This document shows, one piece after another, positions 1-10,019 of a stretch of DNA of 64,000 nucleotides. The notes under the pieces were generated by a model that was not told where the DNA came from, did not search any database, and was given only the letters and a program-made list of their open reading frames with translations. Position 1 is the stretch's first letter; each line of letters starts with the position of its first letter. Origin of the DNA: Neisseriaceae bacterium (GTDB lineage: Bacteria; Pseudomonadota; Gammaproteobacteria; Burkholderiales; Neisseriaceae); NCBI GenBank assembly GCA_017934045.1, contig JAGBKK010000019.1, positions 1-64,000 of the forward strand. Reading direction: 5' to 3'. Made by a program: the position numbers and the translations under genes.

Positions 1-125
1 AGAATGCGAATAATACGCCCCTTGTAAAAACTTGTCAAACCTTTTTTGAAAAAAAATTCATTAAATTTTACTCTCGCTTGATTTTTAAGAATATTTTGTT
101 AGAGATAAAAATAAAATACGGAACT

Positions 126-140
126 TTCAGGCTGCCTGAA
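126..140. repeat. DNA uptake sequence, 15-mer TTCAGGCTGCCTGAA (AG-king/AG-sim DUS dialect). Representative of >60 copies
   Basis: The near-palindromic 15-mer TTCAGGC[A/T]GCCTGAA recurs throughout the window. Examples are at 690, 1190, 2505, 3083, 4723, 5357, 5597, 6832, 8463, 9934, 10815, 10925, 11870, 15555, 16049, 16112, 17900, 19657, 19958, 24503, 24629, 24938, 26391, 27013, 29465, 33995, 34868, 41673, 43993, 44057, 48310, 52212, 53489, 54246, 55033, 56969, 57095, 58585, 58998, 60437, 61116, 62485, 63006. Confidence 0.85.
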
Positions 141-189
141 AGTTATATTACAATAAACCGTTTTGAATTTTTATTGCGGAGTTTATGCG

Positions 190-1239
190 ATGAGCGAAAA
201 AATCAACATCGGCATTGTTGGGGCAACAGGTTACACGGGTGTGGAGTTGTTGCGTTTGTTATCTAATCACTCCAATGCCAATATTGCGGTGGTTACCAGT
301 CGTGGAGACGCTGGCACGAAGTTGTGCGATATGTTTCCGTCCTTGCGTAGCGTCTATCCTGACTTACTTTTCACGCACCCTGATAACGCTAAATTAGATG
401 AATGCGATGTGGTATTTTTTGCGACACCCAACGGCATTGCAATGACGCAAGCGGTTGAATTATTAGAAAAAAATGTCAAAATCATCGACTTATCTGCCGA
501 TTTTCGTATTCGTGATATTCCTGTGTGGGAAGAATGGTACAAAATGACGCACGCGTGTCCCAATACGGTTGCCCAAGCCGTTTATGGGCTGCCTGAAATG
601 AATCGCGACAAAATTAAAAACGCTCAAATTATTGCCAATCCAGGTTGTTATCCGACTTGCGTAACTTTGGCTTTGTTGCCGTTGTTGCGTTCAGGCTGCC
701 TGAAAAAAGGAACGCCGATTATTGCCGACTGCAAATCAGGCGTATCAGGGGCTGGACGCAAGGCGGCAGTGCCTAATTTATTCAGCGAAGCAGGCGATAA
801 TTTTAAAGCCTACGGTGCAGCAGGTCATCGTCATCTGCCTGAAATTAAACAGAATATCAATGATATAGCGACAGGTTTTGCCGAACAATTTATCTTCGTG
901 CCGCATTTAACGCCCTTAATTCGCGGTATGCACGCTACGATTTATGTAACCGCCGAACAAGGTGCGGATTTACACCAAACTTTGGCTGAATTTTATTCAG
1001 GCAGCCTGTTTGTAGATATTCTGCCGCAAGGCATGCTGCCTGAAACCCGCAGCGTGCGTGCGTCTAATCATTGCCGCATTGGCGTGGTGAAAGCACCGCA
1101 AATGGAGAATGCCTATATTCTGTTTTCGGTGATTGATAATTTGGTCAAAGGTGCGGCAGGACAAGCGGTGCAGAATATGAATTTAATGTTCAGGCTGCCT
1201 GAAAACGAGGGCTTAAAGATTACGCCTGTGTTGCCGTGA
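190..1239 (+). CDS. argC: N-acetyl-gamma-glutamyl-phosphate reductase
   Basis: Protein starts [24 protein letters not shown] (NAD Rossmann fold), has an active-site Cys region (NPGCYPT) and a length typical of ArgC. The first ATG matching the ArgC N-terminus was chosen; the track ORF begins 27 nt earlier. Confidence 0.9.
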   Translation: MSEKINIGIVGATGYTGVELLRLLSNHSNANIAVVTSRGDAGTKLCDMFPSLRSVYPDLLFTHPDNAKLDECDVVFFATPNGIAMTQAVELLEKNVKIIDLSADFRIRDIPVWEEWYKMTHACPNTVAQAVYGLPEMNRDKIKNAQIIANPGCYPTCVTLALLPLLRSGCLKKGTPIIADCKSGVSGAGRKAAVPNLFSEAGDNFKAYGAAGHRHLPEIKQNINDIATGFAEQFIFVPHLTPLIRGMHATIYVTAEQGADLHQTLAEFYSGSLFVDILPQGMLPETRSVRASNHCRIGVVKAPQMENAYILFSVIDNLVKGAAGQAVQNMNLMFRLPENEGLKITPVLP

Positions 1240-1261
1240 TAGACAAACTATTTCACCAGCA

Positions 1262-1300
1262 TAGTCGATTAACTTCAAAAGTCAATTGAAGTTAATCGAC
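1262..1300 (+). terminator. hairpin (AGTCGATTAACTTCAA-AAGT-CAATTGAAGTTAATCGACT) after argC; Correia-TIR-like palindrome
   Basis: 16-bp inverted repeat that starts 23 nt after the argC stop. Confidence 0.5.
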
Positions 1301-1381
1301 TTTCTAAAATAATTGTAAAAATAGATTGAAATTCATTTTTATGCCACAATTCACCCCACCGTTTCACCCCAACACGCGATT

Positions 1382-3517
1382 ATGCTCACCGAAGACGAAA
1401 AATCTGCCATTCAAACCCATTACAAAGCCTTATCCAGTGCTTTGGACGGTTTTCGCCCACGCAAATCGCAACGCGAAATGATTGCGACCATTGCCAAAAC
1501 TTTGGGCAAGACACTGCCTGAAAATGAAGACGGTATCAGCACCAATCAGGGGCAGACAATTGCGGTGATTGAAGGTCCCACTGGCGTGGGCAAAAGTTTG
1601 GCTTATTTACTTTCAGGCAGCATTTTGGCACAAACGCGTGGCAAAAAGTTGTTGGTTTCCAGTGCCACCATTGCCTTGCAAGAGCAGTTGGTGTATCGTG
1701 ATTTGCCGTTTTTGGCGGAAAACAGTGGCTTGTCGATTACCTTTGCACTCGCCAAAGGCAGGGGGCGATATTTGTGTCCGTATCGCTTATATCAACTGAC
1801 GCAAAACACAGGACAAAGAGATTTAGGCTTTGAAACGCCTGCGTTTATCAATCTTCCTCGTGGCGGCAGATTATCCAAAGATGAAAAATCGCTGTTAAAT
1901 CAAATAGCTGATGAGTTTGAACAACGCACTTTTGACGGCGATCGTGATTCGTGGCGTGGCGACACCATTGCTTACGATTTGTGGCAACGCATTAACAACG
2001 ACCGTCATTCGTGTTTGAAAAATGATTGTCCCAATCGTGCGGAATGTCCGTTTTTCAAGGCTCGTGAAGTGTTGGACAGCGTGGATATTATTGTTGCCAA
2101 TCACGATTTATTGTTGTCCGATATTGATATGGGCGGTGGGGTGATTTTGCCGCCGCCAGCGGCGTGTTTTTATTGCATTGACGAGGCTCATCACTTGCCA
2201 GCCAAAGCGGTTACGCGTTTTGCCGCCGAACATTCTTTGGCGGACGCAGTGAAATTTTTAGACAGTTTCCCCAGTTTTTCAGGCGACCTTGCCCCGTTAA
2301 TTGATACGGTGGAATTGGTGGATCGAGCCGATAACGCCGCCAAAGAATTATTGCAACACTTCAAACACTGGGAAAGCCTATTGGGACAGACGGACGCGTT
2401 TCCTTTGGACGACACAAGCAACGAAACCGTGTGGCTGTGGGATAACGGCGTTGTGCCTGATGAATTGGTGGATTTGGTGGAAAACACGGCTCGCTGTGCG
2501 ATTTTATTTTCAGGCTGCCTGAATAAATTGCAAGACGCATTAAGCAAGGCAAGACAAAATAATAAGAACAATACCAAAGAGTTAGACAATGTTTCTACGC
2601 ATTTTAATTATGCGATGAGTATTGGCGACAGCATTTATGCCGTGTGGAAAATGCTTGCCCAAACGCCGCCTGAAAACGAACCGCCATTAGCCAAATGGAT
2701 TGTGTTATCACGCACTGACAAAGTGGATTACCGTTTTTGCGTCTCGCCCGTGTCGGCGGCGAAATCTTTGGCAAACGACTTGTGGCAACGCTGTGCAGGA
2801 GCAATTCTCACTTCGGCAACTTTGCAAGCGGTGGGCAGTTTTAACAATATCTTACGCCAATGCGGCTTAAATATGCTGCCTGAAACCACCACGCTGGCGT
2901 TAGACAGTCCATTTAACTTTACGCAACAAGGCGAACTGTATATTCCGCCACTCAAAGCCAATCCCAAAACGCCTGATTTACACACCAATGAAATCATCGA
3001 ATGGTTGCCCAAACTGATTGACCCTGTTGCCCCAGTTGGCACGCTGGTGCTTTTCACTTCACGCCGACAAATGGAAGAAGTCGCTTTCAGGCTGCCTGAA
3101 CACTATCAACCGTTGGTGTTAATGCAAGGCGACCGCCCCAAAACACAACTGATAGCCGAACACCACAAAGCATTAAGCGAAAACCGCCCCAGCATCATCT
3201 TCGGCTTGGACAGTTTCGCCGAAGGTTTGGACTTACCAGGCAACGCTTGCGTGCAAGTCATCATCGCCAAACTGCCCTTCGCTATGCCTGACGACCCAGT
3301 TGCCAAAACACTGTCCGAATGGATACGCCAACGGGGCGGCAACCCATTTATGGAAATTTCCGTGCCAGACGCTTCGATTAAACTCACCCAAGCAGTTGGC
3401 AGACTCATTCGCACCGAAACCGACCACGGCAGAGTAACCATATTAGACACTCGCTTAATCACCGCACAATACGGACAACGCCTGTTAGACGCATTGCCCA
3501 ACTTCAAACGCATTTAA
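1382..3517 (+). CDS. dinG: ATP-dependent DNA helicase, DinG family
   Basis: 711 aa with a Walker A motif (GPTGVGKS), a DEAH box (IDEAHHL), Fe-S cluster cysteines (CLKNDCPNRAECPFF) and the C-terminal helicase motifs of the DinG/Rad3 family. Confidence 0.8.
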   Translation: MLTEDEKSAIQTHYKALSSALDGFRPRKSQREMIATIAKTLGKTLPENEDGISTNQGQTIAVIEGPTGVGKSLAYLLSGSILAQTRGKKLLVSSATIALQEQLVYRDLPFLAENSGLSITFALAKGRGRYLCPYRLYQLTQNTGQRDLGFETPAFINLPRGGRLSKDEKSLLNQIADEFEQRTFDGDRDSWRGDTIAYDLWQRINNDRHSCLKNDCPNRAECPFFKAREVLDSVDIIVANHDLLLSDIDMGGGVILPPPAACFYCIDEAHHLPAKAVTRFAAEHSLADAVKFLDSFPSFSGDLAPLIDTVELVDRADNAAKELLQHFKHWESLLGQTDAFPLDDTSNETVWLWDNGVVPDELVDLVENTARCAILFSGCLNKLQDALSKARQNNKNNTKELDNVSTHFNYAMSIGDSIYAVWKMLAQTPPENEPPLAKWIVLSRTDKVDYRFCVSPVSAAKSLANDLWQRCAGAILTSATLQAVGSFNNILRQCGLNMLPETTTLALDSPFNFTQQGELYIPPLKANPKTPDLHTNEIIEWLPKLIDPVAPVGTLVLFTSRRQMEEVAFRLPEHYQPLVLMQGDRPKTQLIAEHHKALSENRPSIIFGLDSFAEGLDLPGNACVQVIIAKLPFAMPDDPVAKTLSEWIRQRGGNPFMEISVPDASIKLTQAVGRLIRTETDHGRVTILDTRLITAQYGQRLLDALPNFKRI

Positions 3518-3528
3518 AGGATTGCATA

Positions 3529-5352
3529 ATGTCCAAAATCAACATACTGCCTGATCATTTAATCAACCAAATTGCCGCAGGTGAAGTGGTGGAACGCCCT
3601 GCTGCCGCACTCAAAGAAATGTTGGAAAACAGCATTGACGCGGGGGCAACGCACATTGACATTGCTTTAACCGCAGGCGGCATTAAGCACATTCGCATTA
3701 AAGACAATGGCATAGGCATTGATAAAGACGATTTGCCGTTAGCACTATCAAGGCACGCCACCAGCAAAATTCAGTCGCTCTCCGACTTGGAACGCGTGGC
3801 AACGATGGGTTTTCGTGGCGAAGGTTTGGCAAGCATTGCGTCTGTAACGCGTTTATCCTTGATTTCCAAAACACAAGACGCACCGCATGCTTTTAAGATT
3901 GAAGCCGCAGACGGCGTTTTGGGCGAAGTCGCTCCTGCCGCAGGCGATAACGGCACAACCATTGAAGCCAATGAAATTTATTTCAACACCCCTGCTCGGC
4001 GAAAATTTTTGAAGTCCGAAGCCACCGAATATGCCCACTGTTTAAGCGTGGTCGAACGCTTGGCGTTGGCAAATCCTGCGATTGCGTTTTCGCTCACACA
4101 CAACGGCAAACAAATCTTAAAACTGCCCATTCAATCGCCAGATGAACGCACGGCTGAAATTTTGGGAAAAGATTTTCAGGCAGCCGCCTTATCTGTAAAT
4201 AAAGATAATAACTTATTGAAATTAAATGGATTTATTGCTAAACCATCGTTTGACGGCGGTAAATCAGCACAGCAATTTTGTTTTATCAATCGCCGTTTTG
4301 TGCGTGATAAAACCATTCTGCACGCCGTAAAACAGGCGTATCGTGATGTGCTGCACAATCAAATTAGTCCGTCTTTTGTGCTGTTTTTGACGCTTCCAGT
4401 CGAAGAAGTTGATGTCAATGTATCGCCCACCAAAACCGAAGTTCGGTTTAGAAATTCGTCTGCCATTCATCAATTTATTTTTCACGCCTTGAATAAAGTT
4501 TTGTCGAAAACAAGTGCGAATGAAACAGCGTCCATCAGTTCGCCGTCAGCGGTGTTTGGCGAAGTATTTAAAACGCAAGGCATTGATAACACATATAAAA
4601 AATCGCCTGTATCGTATCATATTTCGTCCCCCCAACAAGGCAGCCTGAAACTGCGAGAAGGCAAAGATATTATGCAAACATACGCCCCATTTTACGGACG
4701 CAATGACGCATTAGATGAAACTATTTTCAGGCAGCCTGAAAGCGTGCAACAGATTGATAATCAACAAGAAATTCCGCCGTTGGGTTTTGCGTTAGCCCAA
4801 TTACACCACATTTATATTTTGGCACAAAACGCCAACGGTTTGGTGTTGGTGGATATGCACGCCGCTCATGAGCGCATTTCGTACGAACGCCTGAAAGCCC
4901 AAAAACAAACAGGCAAAATTGCTGCCCAATCCTTGTTAATTCCGCTGAAATTTCAAGCCACAAATGAAGAAATCGCTACGCTCACGGATAACAGCGAACT
5001 ATTGGCAGAATACGGATTTTTGCTTAAAAATCAAGGCAATGAAATTGCTATTTACAGCATTCCCAAAGACTTACCGCACATAGAACCTGTGGCGTTGGTG
5101 CAGAAATTATTAGCAGAAATTGCCCAATTTGGCAACAGCAACGAAGTTGCCGCATTAGAAAATCATATCTTGGCAACCACCGCCTGCCACGGTTCAGCCA
5201 GAGCAGGCAAATATTTAACGCTGCCTGAAATGAACGCCCTCTTACGACAAATGGAACAAATCAACCGCAGCAACCAATGCAACCACGGCAGACCCACTTG
5301 GATTGAACTGCCATTGGCGGATTTGGATAAACTGTTTTTAAGGGGCAAATAG
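3529..5352 (+). CDS. mutL: DNA mismatch repair protein MutL
   Basis: N-terminal GHKL ATPase signature (AAGEVVERPAAALKEMLENSIDAGAT). C-terminal dimerisation domain contains QxHxxxExxY-like motifs. 607 aa. Confidence 0.9.
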   Translation: MSKINILPDHLINQIAAGEVVERPAAALKEMLENSIDAGATHIDIALTAGGIKHIRIKDNGIGIDKDDLPLALSRHATSKIQSLSDLERVATMGFRGEGLASIASVTRLSLISKTQDAPHAFKIEAADGVLGEVAPAAGDNGTTIEANEIYFNTPARRKFLKSEATEYAHCLSVVERLALANPAIAFSLTHNGKQILKLPIQSPDERTAEILGKDFQAAALSVNKDNNLLKLNGFIAKPSFDGGKSAQQFCFINRRFVRDKTILHAVKQAYRDVLHNQISPSFVLFLTLPVEEVDVNVSPTKTEVRFRNSSAIHQFIFHALNKVLSKTSANETASISSPSAVFGEVFKTQGIDNTYKKSPVSYHISSPQQGSLKLREGKDIMQTYAPFYGRNDALDETIFRQPESVQQIDNQQEIPPLGFALAQLHHIYILAQNANGLVLVDMHAAHERISYERLKAQKQTGKIAAQSLLIPLKFQATNEEIATLTDNSELLAEYGFLLKNQGNEIAIYSIPKDLPHIEPVALVQKLLAEIAQFGNSNEVAALENHILATTACHGSARAGKYLTLPEMNALLRQMEQINRSNQCNHGRPTWIELPLADLDKLFLRGK

Positions 5353-5357
5353 GCATT

Positions 5358-5978
5358 TCAGGCTGCCTGAACCCCTTTATTTTGCAATACTTTTTCCACA
5401 GTATCCACAATCGCTTGGGTTTGTGCGTCTATTTCTAAATTGACAAAATCGCCCACTTCACGCATGCCAAACAAGGAGCGTTGCAAAGTTTCGGGGATTA
5501 AATGTACGCAAAATTCATTTTGACGCACTTCGCCCACCGTGAGACTGCAACCGTCCAAGCCAACAAAACCTTTGGGCAGAATGTATTTGTGTAAATTTTC
5601 AGGCAGCCTGAACCACACGGTGTAATGGCTTTTGGTGTTTTGAATACGGATAATGGCAACGGTGGTTATAATGTGTCCGCTCATCAAATGTCCGCCAATT
5701 TCATCGCCCACTTTCAAAGCGCGTTCAATATTCACAGGGTCGCCCACTTTCAAGTAGCCCAAATTGGTTTTGGCAAGCGTTTCTGCCATTAAATCAAACG
5801 ACACCGTGTCGTTGTTGATATTGGTAATGGTCAAACAACAACCATTGTTGGCAATGGACGCACCAATCGTTAAATTTTTGCTTGCTTTTTTGGGCAATCG
5901 CACTGAAATTCGCCGCACATTTTTTAAGTCGTCAATCGCTACGACTTCGCACATACCTTGCACAATACCTGAAAACAT
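5358..5978 (-). CDS. ribE: riboflavin synthase (alpha subunit)
   Basis: Protein starts MFSGIVQG... and has two lumazine-binding repeats. Start placed at MFSGIV; the track ORF extends 6 codons upstream. The 3' end overlaps a DUS. Confidence 0.85.
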   Translation of the reverse strand: MFSGIVQGMCEVVAIDDLKNVRRISVRLPKKASKNLTIGASIANNGCCLTITNINNDTVSFDLMAETLAKTNLGYLKVGDPVNIERALKVGDEIGGHLMSGHIITTVAIIRIQNTKSHYTVWFRLPENLHKYILPKGFVGLDGCSLTVGEVRQNEFCVHLIPETLQRSLFGMREVGDFVNLEIDAQTQAIVDTVEKVLQNKGVQAA

Positions 5979-6053
5979 TTTATTTCTCACATTCAAAAAT
6001 CATCGTATAATGAATACATTATTATAATATATCCTAAATTTTATTTTACAGAT

Positions 6054-6845
6054 ATGTATCAAGAAACCATTATCGCCACGCTATTCGGTCAGGAAGTTGC
6101 TGATATTCCTGCTGATTTATTTATTCCGCCAGACGCTTTAACGGTTGTTTTACAACACTTTGAAGGTCCTTTGGATTTATTGTTGTATTTAATTCGCAAA
6201 CAAAATATTGACATATTGGATATTCCCGTTGCCAAAATTACCGAGCAATATTTATCTTATATTACCGAAATGGAGCATTCGCAAATAGATTTAGCGGCGG
6301 AATATTTGCTGATGGCATCTGTTTTAATTGAAATAAAATCGCGTTGTTTATTGCCCAAACCGCCTGCGGTTGAAAATGAAGAAGAAGACCCAAGAGCAGA
6401 ATTGGCTCGCCGCCTGATTGAATACGAACAAATGAAAAATGCGGCATTACAACTTGCCAACTTGCCGCAAGCAGGACGCGATTTTTTGTGGGCAAAATTG
6501 CCTGTGGCACAAACAGTGGTGGCTCATTATCCCAATGTTGAATTAGCCGATTTGCAACAAGCGTGGCTACATATTTTGGCAAGAGCTAAAAATTTCAAAC
6601 AACACACTGTGCAAAGCGAAGCGGTGAGTGTGCGTTTTCAAATGAGCCATATTTTACGCTGTTTGCAAAGCCATACCAAAATGCGATTTGAACAATTATT
6701 CGATATAAAACAAGGCATTGCCGTGGCAGTAACCACTTTTATTGCGGTATTGGAATTACTCAAAGAAGGTTTAGCCCAAGTCGAACAACAAGACGCATTT
6801 GCACCAATTTTTGTGTCGCCTGTGGCAAGTATTCAGGCAGCCTGA
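6054..6845 (+). CDS. scpA: segregation and condensation protein A
   Basis: The N-terminal FEGPLDLLLYLIRKQNIDILDIPVAKITEQYL is typical of ScpA. 263 aa. The stop codon lies inside a DUS. Confidence 0.85.
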   Translation: MYQETIIATLFGQEVADIPADLFIPPDALTVVLQHFEGPLDLLLYLIRKQNIDILDIPVAKITEQYLSYITEMEHSQIDLAAEYLLMASVLIEIKSRCLLPKPPAVENEEEDPRAELARRLIEYEQMKNAALQLANLPQAGRDFLWAKLPVAQTVVAHYPNVELADLQQAWLHILARAKNFKQHTVQSEAVSVRFQMSHILRCLQSHTKMRFEQLFDIKQGIAVAVTTFIAVLELLKEGLAQVEQQDAFAPIFVSPVASIQAA

Positions 6846-6850
6846 AAACA

Positions 6851-7729
6851 CTATCCCCTTGGGTGATGCGTATGTACAATGCTTTTTAAGCGTTCGGTGG
6901 CAATGTGAGTGTAGATTTGTGTGGTGCTAATATCGGCGTGTCCTAACAGCATTTGCACGGCACGCAAATCTGCTCCGTGATTGACTAAATGGGTGGCAAA
7001 AGCGTGGCGTAAGCCGTGTGGCGAAAGGTTATAAATACCCACTTCGCTGGCATATTTTTTTACGATTTGCCACGCCAACTGCCGTGTAATACCGCCCCTT
7101 TTTTGACTAACAAACACAAAATCACACACAGTGCCTTTTAATAACGCTTCGCGTGCATTCTGTAAATAATCAATCAATTTTTCCACAGCCACTTCGCCTA
7201 ATGGCACCAAGCGTTCTTTATTGCCTTTACCAATGGTGCATAACACGCCTGTGCGTAAATCGATTTCATTCAGCGTAAGCGATACGGCTTCGCTCACACG
7301 CAAACCTGTGGCGTACATTAACTCCAACAGGGCGGCATCTCGCAAACCTGTGGGCGTGGTGGTGTCAGGAGCGGCAAGCAATGCGTCAATTGCCGTCTCG
7401 CCACTAATCGCAGGCAGATGACGATTTTTTTTCGGTGCGTGAATGTGTTGTGTGGGATTGTGTTCGCTGTGTCCGATTTCCTGCCGCCACGCATAAAACC
7501 GCCGCACCGATGAAAGCGTACGCGATTTAGACGAATTTTGTTCAGGATAATCAAAAATGGCAGCGGACAAATGCTCGTATTCTGCTGTTTCTAATGTTTG
7601 ATTGTGTGTTTTTAAGCGTTGAGAAACTTTGGATAAATCTCGCCGATAAGCCGCCAATGTATTGGCAGACAAACGATCAATTAACCATAAATGATCTAAA
7701 AAATGTTCAATCAGTGTTTCATCAAGCAT
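6851..7729 (-). CDS. xerD: site-specific tyrosine recombinase XerD
   Basis: N-terminal SAM-like domain (LSANTLAAYRRDL) and catalytic domain with RHAFATHL...LLGHADISTTQIYTH (the R..HxxR..Y motif set). Confidence 0.85.
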   Translation of the reverse strand: MLDETLIEHFLDHLWLIDRLSANTLAAYRRDLSKVSQRLKTHNQTLETAEYEHLSAAIFDYPEQNSSKSRTLSSVRRFYAWRQEIGHSEHNPTQHIHAPKKNRHLPAISGETAIDALLAAPDTTTPTGLRDAALLELMYATGLRVSEAVSLTLNEIDLRTGVLCTIGKGNKERLVPLGEVAVEKLIDYLQNAREALLKGTVCDFVFVSQKRGGITRQLAWQIVKKYASEVGIYNLSPHGLRHAFATHLVNHGADLRAVQMLLGHADISTTQIYTHIATERLKSIVHTHHPRG

Positions 7730-7838
7730 ATAAGTCGTTTCAATTCAAAAAGAGACAAGGCGGCAAAGCCGCTGACAGTATAAACTAATACGGCAAGGCA
7801 AACCAACGATAGTTTTGCAGTGAAATAACGACAAGAGA

Positions 7839-7976
7839 CCCCTACAAAACTGGTAGGTGTGCGTACATTTCAAGGCGTAGTAGCACAGAAAAACGAAGAC
7901 ATAACAAGTAGTTAGGCGAGTTTTTCGAGCAACACACAACGCTTCAAATGTGCCACAGATGCCAGTTTTGTAGGGG
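7839..7976. repeat. MITE-like element with TIRs CCCCTACAAAACTGG / CCAGTTTTGTAGGGG (~138 bp)
   Basis: Perfect 15-bp TIRs. A second, shorter copy lies at 56990-57064 (CCCCTGCAAAAC ... GGTTTTGTAGGGG, with internal GTCATTC...GAATGAC). Sits between the glutaredoxin-like gene and xerD. Confidence 0.6.
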
Positions 7977-7979
7977 TTT

Positions 7980-8210
7980 CTACAATTCTTTCAAAAAAGC
8001 GTGTTCATCAAAATGCCAATGACAAATTTCTTGCCCTTGATGATTGAGTAACACAGGTACCAATTCATCATATTGTGGCAATAATTCAGGACAATCGTCA
8101 ATATCTTTAATGTCGATATGGAAATGATATTGCGTTTGCAAATTTTTTAATTGTTCAAGCATTATTTTGCATAATGAACAATATTCACGATACAGCAAGG
8201 TAAATGTCAT
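7980..8210 (-). CDS. glutaredoxin-like protein (DUF836 family)
   Basis: 76 aa with a CxxC motif (YREYCSLCK) and a DIDD...VPVL pattern typical of small glutaredoxin-like proteins. Overlaps the upstream gene by 4 nt. Confidence 0.55.
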   Translation of the reverse strand: MTFTLLYREYCSLCKIMLEQLKNLQTQYHFHIDIKDIDDCPELLPQYDELVPVLLNHQGQEICHWHFDEHAFLKEL

Positions 8211-8659
8211 GATGATTTATGCTCCCTTGCCCAAAAGATAACAAATAAAATCAGACTAATGGCGGTGATTAAATAAATTATTTGCGACACACCGTGCCAT
8301 GCGGCAAAATTTCCGCCAAGCCATTGATGAAGCACATTTTTTCCATTAGTTTTTAATGCCACAATGACAGGTGTAATGAGCCATTCACTGATGATGGTAG
8401 TTAATATCGCAATGCTAATAAAAAAACCTTTTAGACTGCCCAAAAATGCCTTAAACCCTTGTTTCAGGCTGCCTGAAAAGATTAAAACCACCGCAGAAAT
8501 TAAACCAATATAAGACACAAAATGAAATAACTGCCCTGCAATATCGCCTGCCGTCATTTTGGGAAGATTTTGAAATAATACAGGGGCAACCAAATAACCA
8601 ATTACGGTTAAACTGCCTAACCATGCCACAATACATAAAGTTTCAATCAATAAACGCAT
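8207..8659 (-). CDS. hypothetical integral membrane protein
   Basis: 150 aa with four predicted hydrophobic helices. It is the first gene of a minus-strand pair with the glutaredoxin-like gene. Confidence 0.5.
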   Translation of the reverse strand: MRLLIETLCIVAWLGSLTVIGYLVAPVLFQNLPKMTAGDIAGQLFHFVSYIGLISAVVLIFSGSLKQGFKAFLGSLKGFFISIAILTTIISEWLITPVIVALKTNGKNVLHQWLGGNFAAWHGVSQIIYLITAISLILFVIFWAREHKSS

Positions 8660-8710
8660 TTTATTTGACCATACCTTTTTTCAGGCTACCTGAAAATTTG
8701 ATATAAAAAA

Positions 8711-8743
8711 GACCCCACTATGAAAACCATAGTGGGTTTTTTA
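8711..8743. terminator. GC-rich hairpin (GACCCCACTATG-AAAACC-ATAGTGGGGT) flanked by A/T runs
   Basis: Perfect 11-bp stem with T6 downstream on the + strand and A6 upstream. Lies between the divergent membrane-protein and dut genes, so the terminator role is uncertain. Confidence 0.4.
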
Positions 8744-8916
8744 ACAACTTATACAAAGGAGAAATATATACAAAACAAAATACACTTTTAACAAGGAGAA
8801 AATGAAAAATGATTTTGCGTGATAGATTATATAAATATAAAAACTATTTGTCAAATATGAATACAATAGTCTAATCGGCTATAATGAACACTTTTTAAGA
8901 TTAGGAATAATTAAAT

Positions 8917-9369
8917 ATGCGTCCCCCCATTCAACTGAAAATTTTAGACCAACGCATTGCCAAGCAATTACCGCAATATGCCACGACAGGCTCGGCAGGT
9001 TTGGATATGCGTGCGTGCATTGACACCGCAATAACACTCAAAGCAGGTGAGTCTGCGTTAATTCCCACAGGACTGGCAATTCACTTGGCAGACCCCAATA
9101 TGGCGGCTGTTTTGTTGCCGCGTTCGGGTTTGGGACATAAAAACGGCATTGTTTTAGGCAATTTAGTGGGATTGATTGACTCTGACTATCAAGGTGAAGT
9201 CAAAGTATCGTTGTGGAATCGTTCCAATACAGATTTTGTGATTGAACCCTTTGCTCGCATTGCACAAATGGTGATTATTCCTGTCATTCAGGCAGCCTTT
9301 GAAGTGGTTGATGAATTTGACGCAAGCGAACGCGGTGCAGGCGGTTTTGGCAGTACGGGAAAGCACTAA
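8917..9369 (+). CDS. dut: dUTP diphosphatase
   Basis: dUTPase motifs are present: [33 protein letters not shown]. 150 aa. Confidence 0.9.
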   Translation: MRPPIQLKILDQRIAKQLPQYATTGSAGLDMRACIDTAITLKAGESALIPTGLAIHLADPNMAAVLLPRSGLGHKNGIVLGNLVGLIDSDYQGEVKVSLWNRSNTDFVIEPFARIAQMVIIPVIQAAFEVVDEFDASERGAGGFGSTGKH

Positions 9370-9371
9370 AA

Positions 9372-10019
9372 ATGCAACGCACCATTGGCTTATTGGGTGG
9401 CTCATTTGACCCACCGCACAACGCCCATTTGGCAATGGCAGAAAGTTTCCTACGCCAATTTCCCACCGCCGAAGTGATTTTACTGCCCGCAGGAACACCG
9501 TATCACAAACCACAAGCCACCCAAACAGCGGCTCATCATCGCTTAAATATGTGTTTGGCGGCGGTAGCCAATCACCCTGCCCTATCGGTGAGCGATATAG
9601 ATATGGTGCGACAAGGCAATACTTACACATTCGACACGGTGCAAATTTTTCGTGAAATTCTGCCGAATACAAATTTGTGGTGGATTATGGGCGAAGATTC
9701 CTTGCGTTCCATTCATCAATGGAAACATTCGCAAGCGTTACTGAATACGGTGAATTTTGCCGTGGCGTATCGTGGCAATGGCGGTGCATTTGATAGCGTA
9801 ACACAACAAATCATCGAACAAGGACAAAAAGCCGCAGCAGAAAATACGCCCACAGGACAAATTCGCTTTTTGGATATGCCTTGTGATGATATTAGTTCAA
9901 CGCAAATTCGCCAACTGTTGCAACAATCATCGTTCAGGCAGCCTGAAAAGGATATTTTGCAACGCAATATACCTGTGTCTGTTTTACAATATATCGAAGA
10001 AAATCAATTATATCAATGA
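9372..10019 (+). CDS. nadD: nicotinate-nucleotide adenylyltransferase
   Basis: GGSFDPPHNAHL (the HxGH nucleotidyltransferase motif). 215 aa. Only 2 nt after dut. Confidence 0.85.
   Translation: MQRTIGLLGGSFDPPHNAHLAMAESFLRQFPTAEVILLPAGTPYHKPQATQTAAHHRLNMCLAAVANHPALSVSDIDMVRQGNTYTFDTVQIFREILPNTNLWWIMGEDSLRSIHQWKHSQALLNTVNFAVAYRGNGGAFDSVTQQIIEQGQKAAAENTPTGQIRFLDMPCDDISSTQIRQLLQQSSFRQPEKDILQRNIPVSVLQYIEENQLYQ

Noticed and set aside
5395-5420. Two DnaA-box-like 9-mers (TTTTCCACA, GTATCCACA) suggesting an origin
   Set aside because: They lie inside the 3' coding end of ribE, far from dnaA. No cluster or AT-rich DNA-unwinding element is nearby. Probably chance.
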